NCBI GenBank assembly: GCA_963675295.2
Contig: CAXXKJ010000002.1
Span: forward strand, 1,888,001-1,952,000
DNA: 64,000 bases
DNA from: a bacterium
Lineage (GTDB): Bacteria; Electryoneota; Electryoneia; Electryoneales; Electryoneaceae
Reading direction: 5' to 3'
Position numbers and translations under genes: made by a program. Numbering within the stretch: the first letter of the stretch is position 1; every line of letters starts with the position of its first letter. This document shows, piece by piece, positions 48,518 to 56,371 of this stretch. The notes under the pieces were generated by a model. The model was not told where the DNA came from, did no database searches, and saw only the letters and a program-made list of their open reading frames with translations.

Positions 48518-51424
48518 ATGCGTAGGAACATCGTGCTTATCCTCACATTGGCTCTGTTCGTGGTCGCTGGCGCGTTTGCGTCTGCTCCGCAAGAGCTGAA
48601 GAGGACTACGTTCAACGTCGGGCCGAATACCGGTACGAACGAGTTGGACGAAGTGGTATGGATTGAGGACTTTGAAGGCGATGTCAGTGACTGGATTCAG
48701 GCCAGCCCTGACGTGCAGCCGAACTATTGGACCACAGACGACTGGATGCCGAATGGCGGCACCAATGCGTGGCGTTGCTTTGACCCCACATTTGGTGATC
48801 CGACTTTTGGTGGTTACAACGACGACTGGCTTCAGCTGATGCTGACCCCGGCTATTGACATGACCGGTGTCACGAACGCTGAACTCACGTTTGAATTCCG
48901 TGCTTACATCGAAGACGGTAACTGGGATGCTGGTAACGTCTGGGTATTCTACGGCAATGATCCGGATTACGGTGCATTGGCCAAGGAAATCGCGACCCCG
49001 ACCGCTCCGGCGTACACGGAAACTGACTGCCAGACCTTCGATCCGTGGTTCGGCACAGGCGTGTATCCTGCATGGGCGGGCGAAGGTACTGAGCCGTTCA
49101 ACACCACGTATCAGACCGCGACGTTCGATCTGGGTGCTTACACTGGTTTCGAGTATGTGCATGTCGTGTTCTGCTTCAGCTCTGACGGCGCGTACAACTC
49201 GTCGACCAACAACGACATGTTTGGTTTCCAGGTAGATGACATTGTTGTCACTGCGGATGCGAGCACGGTCTGGGCGGACGACGCTGATGGTAACAACATC
49301 GGTGGCGATCCGTTCTTCCTGACGGGCGCTGCTGCTGCTGGTAGCGACGTGCTTCCGTATCAGATCGAAATCAACACGTGCCCGACGGCTTATCAGCCGG
49401 CTCCGTCGCCGACGATGGTTGCTGGTGTGTTCCAAGATGCCGACGAGGCGTTCAACCACTACCTTGAAGGTCCGGAATTCAACCTGGCCGACCTCGATCC
49501 GGGTCAGTCCTACTGGCTGGATGTCTACTTCAACAGTGACATTGAGTACACCAACAACTTCCCGGATGAATTCGCGTGGCGTCCGGAGATTTACAACCCG
49601 ACCGACGGTTCCTGGAACCCGGCCGCGACGACCGGTAACTACGTGTACGTTGGTGGCAACGGTTCCGTCTGGGAGCTCTTCTCGGGTTCCGGCTTCACCT
49701 ACGACTGGGATATGAGCGACTACGCCGGTATGGACGGCTTGCGTCTCCGTTTCTACTTCACGTCTCCGGCTGTTGACCGCACCATGACCCACCACCTGTG
49801 GGATGACCTCTTCATCGACCGTCAGGATCTGCAGCATGACATCGGTACCGTCATGGTGATGCCGTATCCGACTTCCGTTGGTGTTGATGTCTACGGTAAG
49901 GTCTACCTGACCAACAATGGTCCGAACGACGAATCCGGCTTCAACGCTGTTTGGGATCTCGACGGTCTCGTGTACCCGCTGTACCCGACCGGCCCGTATT
50001 CCTTGAACGCTGGTGAAACCCTTGAGCTCGCGATCGACGATCCGACCGTTCCTGGCGATGTTGGCTACTGGGTCCCGGAAGAAACGGGCGCCTTGGCTCT
50101 TGACGCGTACCACACGCTGGCGAGCGACGAAGTTCCGGACAACGACAACTTCCCGGTTGACGTTGATGTCATGGCTGACGACATGTACGAAGTTGGTACG
50201 GACTCCCGTAACTTCTTCGGCCTGCTGTCCGCTGGTCACGAGCTGAACGAAGGTCCGACCGTCCACATCGATCCGACCGCGATCAACGCTGACATGTTCC
50301 CGGCTGGTGCGACGTTTGACATCGCCGAGCTGCGTATGGATGGTTTCTTCCATCCGAACGCTGGTGGCGCGCCTGCCAACTGCGAAATGGACTTCATCGT
50401 TTACGCTGGTGGTGACACGCCGGGCGCCCAGATCTATCAGGGCACCTATACGTTCACCGAAGCCGCTGGTTACACCGGTGGTACCCAGGCTGTCCTCGAC
50501 GTGAGCGGCGCTGCTGCTCTGCAGGGTCTGTCTGGCGACTTCTGGATTGAAGCTCGTTTGACGACGGAAGGTCTTGACGGCTACATGCAGCCGTTCCCGT
50601 ACCAGACCGGCACCAATGAGTACTTCGACGTGACCACGCAGTTCTACACCTACGAAGACGCGGTCAACGGCGACAACCTGACGGAAGACCAGTATGGTCA
50701 CCACGTCACGGCTGTCTTGACGAACATTGCGACGGCCCCGGCGGTTCTCGAGCTGACCCCGCAGACTCAGTTCGTCCCGGCTGGTGGTGGTAACATCACG
50801 TACGCGGTCCACTTCCAGAACAACACCGGTGGTAGCTTCAACGGTGTGGACTATTGGACGCGCGCCATGCTGCCGAACGGCAACATGACTGGTCTGCTGG
50901 CTCCGCCGCTGTCCTTCAATGTTGTTCCGTTCATGGACGTGAGCGTGAACCGCGTGCTGCAGGTTCCGGGCGGCGCTCCGAACGGCGTCTACACCTTCTT
51001 CGGCTATGTTGGTTTCTACCCGCAGCCGCCGGTGCTGGCCGACAGCTTCCAGTTCCAGAAGGGTCAGACGACGGACAGCTACGACTACAGCGACTTTGAT
51101 GAATTCGGTGAAGCGTTCATGATTGCTGGTGAAGATGTTGTCGCCGGCACGCTGCCGACCGAATTCAGCATCAGCGAAGCCTATCCGAACCCGTTCAACC
51201 CGACGACCACGCTTTCCGTCAGCTTGCCGGAAGCCGCGGATCTGAAGGTGACCGTGTTCAACGTGATGGGTCAGCAGGTTGCGACGATCGCGAACAGCAC
51301 GTTTGACGCCGGCATGCACACGCTGACGTTCGACGGCGCTGGCCTCGCGAGTGGCCTGTACTTCATCCAGGCTCAGGTCCCGGGCCAGCTCAACGAGCTG
51401 CGCAAGGTCACCCTGATGAAGTAA
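48518..51424 (+). CDS. Large acidic secreted protein (jelly-roll/Ig-like domains) + shared module + CTD
   Basis: GGAGGT RBS, signal peptide, WIEDFEG..LMLTPAIDM..GFQVDDI MAM/InhA-like segment; AYPNPFN...KVTLMK. Confidence 0.8.
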   Translation: MRRNIVLILTLALFVVAGAFASAPQELKRTTFNVGPNTGTNELDEVVWIEDFEGDVSDWIQASPDVQPNYWTTDDWMPNGGTNAWRCFDPTFGDPTFGGYNDDWLQLMLTPAIDMTGVTNAELTFEFRAYIEDGNWDAGNVWVFYGNDPDYGALAKEIATPTAPAYTETDCQTFDPWFGTGVYPAWAGEGTEPFNTTYQTATFDLGAYTGFEYVHVVFCFSSDGAYNSSTNNDMFGFQVDDIVVTADASTVWADDADGNNIGGDPFFLTGAAAAGSDVLPYQIEINTCPTAYQPAPSPTMVAGVFQDADEAFNHYLEGPEFNLADLDPGQSYWLDVYFNSDIEYTNNFPDEFAWRPEIYNPTDGSWNPAATTGNYVYVGGNGSVWELFSGSGFTYDWDMSDYAGMDGLRLRFYFTSPAVDRTMTHHLWDDLFIDRQDLQHDIGTVMVMPYPTSVGVDVYGKVYLTNNGPNDESGFNAVWDLDGLVYPLYPTGPYSLNAGETLELAIDDPTVPGDVGYWVPEETGALALDAYHTLASDEVPDNDNFPVDVDVMADDMYEVGTDSRNFFGLLSAGHELNEGPTVHIDPTAINADMFPAGATFDIAELRMDGFFHPNAGGAPANCEMDFIVYAGGDTPGAQIYQGTYTFTEAAGYTGGTQAVLDVSGAAALQGLSGDFWIEARLTTEGLDGYMQPFPYQTGTNEYFDVTTQFYTYEDAVNGDNLTEDQYGHHVTAVLTNIATAPAVLELTPQTQFVPAGGGNITYAVHFQNNTGGSFNGVDYWTRAMLPNGNMTGLLAPPLSFNVVPFMDVSVNRVLQVPGGAPNGVYTFFGYVGFYPQPPVLADSFQFQKGQTTDSYDYSDFDEFGEAFMIAGEDVVAGTLPTEFSISEAYPNPFNPTTTLSVSLPEAADLKVTVFNVMGQQVATIANSTFDAGMHTLTFDGAGLASGLYFIQAQVPGQLNELRKVTLMK

Positions 51425-51455
51425 GCTGCTTTTGCTGACGAGTAATCGTCACTTC

Positions 51456-51486
51456 ACCCCGCGCACGGCAACGTGCGCGGGGTTTT
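51456..51486 (+). terminator. Intrinsic terminator
   Basis: accccgcgcacg-gcaa-cgtgcgcggggtttt. Confidence 0.85.
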
Positions 51487-51772
51487 CTCATTTCGCGACA
51501 GTCCGGAAGAATTTGCATGGGAGAGCCGGATTCAAGCCCGTATCTGTCACGGTTAATTGCATGGCAGGCAAATGATTACACGGATTTCCCCATTCATTGT
51601 CTGAACGCTCGCATTCTTTGTCAATGGGCAGGAAATCTGTCCCATTGATTTGCAGACAGCTTGGATCAGACGCTACTTTAAAACGCTGTGGTTCAGGGGG
51701 AGAAGTGCATCAACTCCGCAATGCCCGCACGCGCGGGTGAATGGGTGCGGGGTTGTTGTCAGGGAGGCTGCG

Positions 51773-54229
51773 ATGAAACGGGGACTCCTGGTCATACTAC
51801 TCGTATTGATCCAGGGACTCGCGGGAGCACCTGCTTCAGAGCGCGTTCTGAAACGAGATGTTGCATTGCGTGGGGATGAGGACGTTCAAGCCCCACAGCA
51901 TCTGGCACAGTTCGTTCCGGATGGGCTGATGGGGAGCTCTCTCATTGGCGATACATTGATCGTTGGTTCGTCCGGCTGGGATCAGTTACACAACGGGACT
52001 GTGGGCCGGCAGATCGCGTATTACGTTGATCGGGACGGCTGGCATGTTTCGTTGAACTGGATGAAGCTCGAGGGTGTCCAGACTCCGCTGCCCCGGCATA
52101 TTGTCCAGACCACAGTGAACCAGAATAGCCAGTACGGCTACGTGCTGGATCCGGCTCCCGCAGAACCCCTTGAAACCGGCTATCGAAGCGGCTATTCCAC
52201 ACTTTCCATGCATCCGGTCACGGGTGAGATCTTCCACGCCTTCCACTACGCCGGCGGCGTTCAGGACGAGTACAATTCGTTCGTTGCCCGCAAGAGTACG
52301 TTCATTCCGGATTACTGGAACCTGTTTACCAACCCGCTTGTCAGCGGGTATGAGTTCATGTGGCCGAAGAGTGTAACCGGCGCGAACGGGTACGTTCATG
52401 TGGTCAGCCACCATTCAAATACGTCGATCAACGGACCGTCTCAGCTGGCGTACATGCGTTGGCGGATTGACGAGACCAACGCACTGGTTCCGGCGACTCA
52501 AACCGGCAACCAGCGGATTCTGTCGCTGGCGCTGATGAATGTCAGCGCGGACGTTGTAACCAATCTCGATGGGTCACGTGTTGCGGTCGGGGCGTGCGTG
52601 GATCGCAACCGCACGTTGGGTGAAACGTTCCGCGGTGGGTCGAGTCAGTGGAACAGTGACGTGTACGTCTGGTACAGCCAGAATTCAGGTTCGACATTCT
52701 CGCAGCCGATCAACGTGACGTCCTTCATCGGACCGTACACAAACGCGTTGCCGGATACGGTGTTCGCCAATGGCGACACGATGCGCGCGTACACCGACTG
52801 TAACCTGTTGTTCGATGACGAAGACCGGCTGCATGTCGCCTTTTCAGCAAACAATTTCGATTATCTGCGCAACCAGGTGTATTACGAAAGCCGCATTTAC
52901 CACTGGATGCGTGACGATGAGGGCAATGACCTGTACACGGTGGTGCATCACAAGCCGTTCGCAGGCCAGCCGGAAGCGTGGGGACGGACAACCGACCGTC
53001 CCAGCATGGTATTCGATTACGACACCGGGATTCTGTGGTGCGTGATGGAAGAGGTGGATTGGGGCACGCAGCATGGCGATGTCAGCCGCACCTCAAGAAT
53101 CGCCAACTCGGACATCCTGGTTTCCGCCAGTCCGCCGGGGGAGTACAACGGCCTGTTGTGGACAAAGCCGGTCAACATCACGAACACGAAGTACATGCGA
53201 TCTGGAGGTGCGCCGGTTGGGGACAGCCGCAGCGAAACGGATGTATCCGTCTCGCTCAACTGTCGTGGTGACTTCCTGCATCTGTTCTATATGTTGGATC
53301 TGGACGCTGGCTGTGCCGTGTTGCAGGAAGGCGTGATGACCGACAATCCGTTGGTCTATCACCGCGTTTCCAAGTCCGAACTGCTGCAGCGCTTTGATGA
53401 CAATGCCGAGTGGGTGGTCAACTACCCGATGCACCAGGATCATTCCGGGTACTGGGAAGATCCAGGCGAGTGGCGCTGGGATGATTTCGGCGGATTCTTC
53501 ACGACGGCTCGTGGCACAGATGTCCCGGTCAAGCTGAACATCGAGGTATCCGCCCCGATGGTTCCTGCGCGTGGTGGCATTCTCAGTGCGGCAATCAGTG
53601 TGCGCAATGAGGCGGATCACCCGTATCCGGACGTCGATTTCTGGAGCATGGTGACGTTGCCGAACGGGCGGCAATACGGCCCGGTGACGTGGTTTACGGT
53701 GAACATCCCTCAGAAGGCGGCGGAAACGGTTGTTCCGTTGAACCAGATCGTGCCGAGTTACGCTCCGCACGGCAAGTACTATTACTCGATGCACCTCGGT
53801 GATTATCCGGAATCGCTTGTCAGCGACTCGTTCGTGTTCACCAAGCTGGCCGGTAGTGCGGACGAGATGGACGGCGACGAGTTCATCTGGGATCCGGACG
53901 ACTGGGAATCGTTCATGACCCCGATCATCTTCGAAGAGGATGAGGATGACGAAGCGATCCCGTCTCAGTTTACCCTGAGCGAGGCGTGGCCGAACCCGTT
54001 TAACGCGGTGACGAGCATGACGTTGACCTTGCCAACGCGAGCGACGGCCCATGTGCGCGTGTACGATATCACGGGACGCTACATTGCCACCCTGCTGGAC
54101 GGGATGCAGCAGGCCGGGAAACACCAGATGGCGTTCGATGCGTCAGATCTGGCGAGCGGAGTGTATGTGGTGCGCGCGGAGGTTGACGGCCGTTTCACGC
54201 AGTTCCGGAAGCTGGTATTGATCAAGTAA
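51773..54229 (+). CDS. Secreted putative beta-propeller protein + shared module + CTD
   Basis: GGAGG RBS, signal peptide, Asp-box-like SQNSGSTF, WTKPVNIT; AWPNPFN...KLVLIK; paralog of 56372-58807. Confidence 0.8.
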   Translation: MKRGLLVILLVLIQGLAGAPASERVLKRDVALRGDEDVQAPQHLAQFVPDGLMGSSLIGDTLIVGSSGWDQLHNGTVGRQIAYYVDRDGWHVSLNWMKLEGVQTPLPRHIVQTTVNQNSQYGYVLDPAPAEPLETGYRSGYSTLSMHPVTGEIFHAFHYAGGVQDEYNSFVARKSTFIPDYWNLFTNPLVSGYEFMWPKSVTGANGYVHVVSHHSNTSINGPSQLAYMRWRIDETNALVPATQTGNQRILSLALMNVSADVVTNLDGSRVAVGACVDRNRTLGETFRGGSSQWNSDVYVWYSQNSGSTFSQPINVTSFIGPYTNALPDTVFANGDTMRAYTDCNLLFDDEDRLHVAFSANNFDYLRNQVYYESRIYHWMRDDEGNDLYTVVHHKPFAGQPEAWGRTTDRPSMVFDYDTGILWCVMEEVDWGTQHGDVSRTSRIANSDILVSASPPGEYNGLLWTKPVNITNTKYMRSGGAPVGDSRSETDVSVSLNCRGDFLHLFYMLDLDAGCAVLQEGVMTDNPLVYHRVSKSELLQRFDDNAEWVVNYPMHQDHSGYWEDPGEWRWDDFGGFFTTARGTDVPVKLNIEVSAPMVPARGGILSAAISVRNEADHPYPDVDFWSMVTLPNGRQYGPVTWFTVNIPQKAAETVVPLNQIVPSYAPHGKYYYSMHLGDYPESLVSDSFVFTKLAGSADEMDGDEFIWDPDDWESFMTPIIFEEDEDDEAIPSQFTLSEAWPNPFNAVTSMTLTLPTRATAHVRVYDITGRYIATLLDGMQQAGKHQMAFDASDLASGVYVVRAEVDGRFTQFRKLVLIK

Positions 54230-54257
54230 CGGAGCATAGCACAGACTCAACCATTCC

Positions 54258-54289
54258 CTGCCACGGTCTTACGATCGTGGCAGTTTTTT
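54258..54289 (+). terminator. REP-like hairpin acting as terminator
   Basis: ctgccacggtc-ttac-gatcgtggcag + T tract. Confidence 0.75.
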
Positions 54290-54433
54290 CGCATACGACC
54301 CGACACGCGCTCCCTCCGTTCGCTGGTGAGACCGGCTTCTCCGCTCTTTCATTTCCGTGATTCCGGATGCACCTTCCGGCGGTTTCCCCCATCTAACCAT
54401 CACTGTACGTCAAGCAGCTACCGGACTTCAGCC

Positions 54434-56191
54434 ATGCGTTATCTGATTGTCGCCTTTGCCAGCCTTTTCCTGCTGATTGGATGCAGCCAACCGGACTTCA
54501 CACTTACCGTACTGCACAACAACGACGCTGAGTCGCAGTTGATCAACCTGGGGGAGGGCGAACTCCAGAACTACGGTGGTGTGGCCCACTTCAAGTCGTT
54601 GACGGACACGGTCAAGGCGTGGGCGGATGGTCAAACCGACGGCTGGATCATGCTCACCTCGGGCGACAATTTCCTCGCCGGCCCGGAGTGGAATGCGAGC
54701 ATTGAAAAGGGTGAATTTTACGACGCGCTGGCGATTGACCGGCTCGGCTATCACGCGTTGTGTCTTGGGAATCATGACTTCGACTCCGGTCCCGCGACGC
54801 TCGCCGCGTTCATTGACGCAACCGGTGAGGTCAGCCACCCGTGGTTCCTCAGCTGCAACCTGGACTTCCAGGACGAGCCGGAGATGCAGGCGCTGGTCGG
54901 GAAAAAGCTGGCCCAGAGCAAGGCGTTCGACATTAATGGCACGACGGTTGGCGTGATCGGGGTGACGACGCCGAACCTGAGCTTCGTCTCGGCGACCGGC
55001 CGCACGGTTGTGCAGACGGACATTCTGGCCGAGGTTTCCGCTGAAGTTGACGTGTTGACACAGCAGGGTGCGAAGATCATCATCCTCGTCAGCCATCTGC
55101 AGGGCGTGGAGGAGGACATGGCGCTGATCCATCAACTCAGCGGTGTGGACATTGTCATTGCGGGTGGCGGCGACGAACTGCTGGCGACGGTTCCCGACGA
55201 CGTATTGATCCCCGGTGACGAGAGTGAACGCTACGGCGACTACCCGATGTACGCGACCGACACGGACGGCCACAGTGTGCCGGTGGTGACGACTCGCGGC
55301 AATTTCGGGTATCTCGGCGTGCTGGTGGCGACGTTTGATGGGCATGGCAACCTGCTGCGCGTGGACGACGCGGCGTCCGGTCCACGTGTGGTCGCGAATG
55401 AAAAGGTAGAGGGTGGTGTCCCGCCGAACCAGCGCATGCTGAACGAGGTGGTGACGCCGGTACGGGCGTACGTCGATGATCTTGGCGACAACATCATCGC
55501 GTCGAGCACGGTCAAACTGGACGGCATCCGCAACCATGTGCGCGGCCAGGAAGCGAACGAGGGTAACCTGATCGCGGACGCGTTGCTGTGGAATGCGAAA
55601 CGGCTGCACGCGCAGTTCAACGCGCCCGAGCCCGAGGTGGCAATCCAGAACGGTGGCGGAATCCGCAACGACAGCTACATCCCCGCTGGTGCGATCTCGG
55701 AGCTGACGACGTTCAACATGCTGCCATTCGGAAATCAACTCTGCGTGGTGCACGATCTTTCGCCGCAGGAAGTGAAGGACATGCTGGAGAATGCGGTCTC
55801 CGCGACCAACGGCGGCGCGGGTACCGGCCGGTTCGCCCAGGTGGCGGGATTGCGATTTGAATACGACATGAGCCGGTCGGTGCAGGTGTACGCTGAGGAC
55901 AACACAATCGCGATGCCGGGTGAACGCATCCGCAATGTGTGGCTGGATGACGGCACGGTGCTGGTCAAAGACGGCGTTGTCAACGACGACGCGCCGCACA
56001 TTGACGTGGCCTGCGGTGATTTCCTTGCCCGTGGCGGCGACCAGTACCCATTGTTCCACAAGCCACGGACCTTGCTCGGAATCAGCGATCAGCAGGCGCT
56101 GGCGGCGTACTTGCGGCACATCGGGAAAGTGACGGCGAAGGACTATCCGTTGAGTGGGGAAGGCCGGTCGAAAGCAGTGTCCAGCCGCTGA
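54434..56191 (+). CDS. Lipoprotein 5'-nucleotidase / metallophosphoesterase
   Basis: Lipobox LIGC, TVLHNND, SGDNF, LGNHDFD, GNLIADA, NGGGIR, LPFGN, GGDQY. Confidence 0.9.
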   Translation: MRYLIVAFASLFLLIGCSQPDFTLTVLHNNDAESQLINLGEGELQNYGGVAHFKSLTDTVKAWADGQTDGWIMLTSGDNFLAGPEWNASIEKGEFYDALAIDRLGYHALCLGNHDFDSGPATLAAFIDATGEVSHPWFLSCNLDFQDEPEMQALVGKKLAQSKAFDINGTTVGVIGVTTPNLSFVSATGRTVVQTDILAEVSAEVDVLTQQGAKIIILVSHLQGVEEDMALIHQLSGVDIVIAGGGDELLATVPDDVLIPGDESERYGDYPMYATDTDGHSVPVVTTRGNFGYLGVLVATFDGHGNLLRVDDAASGPRVVANEKVEGGVPPNQRMLNEVVTPVRAYVDDLGDNIIASSTVKLDGIRNHVRGQEANEGNLIADALLWNAKRLHAQFNAPEPEVAIQNGGGIRNDSYIPAGAISELTTFNMLPFGNQLCVVHDLSPQEVKDMLENAVSATNGGAGTGRFAQVAGLRFEYDMSRSVQVYAEDNTIAMPGERIRNVWLDDGTVLVKDGVVNDDAPHIDVACGDFLARGGDQYPLFHKPRTLLGISDQQALAAYLRHIGKVTAKDYPLSGEGRSKAVSSR

Positions 56192-56371
56192 AAAAGCCGC
56201 TGGCCGGGCTCTCATCCTCGGGAATAAGCCTGAGTACCGCCCTGCGAGGAGTAGCCAGACTCCGGTTTGATTTGGTATTTTACATATCTCAGAAGAATAG
56301 GATTCAGTGCCGAATCAGGCACAAATCACACAGGCATGTTATTCTGGCGGGCAAACCTGGAGTTTCGAAAC

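Noticed and set aside
48245-51319. 1024-aa antisense ORF (also 43709-45907, 27553-29589, 56339-58411, 54428-56215, 61470-62804, 4232-5482)
   Set aside because: Shadow frames of well-supported genes caused by codon bias; no motifs, signal peptides or RBS.
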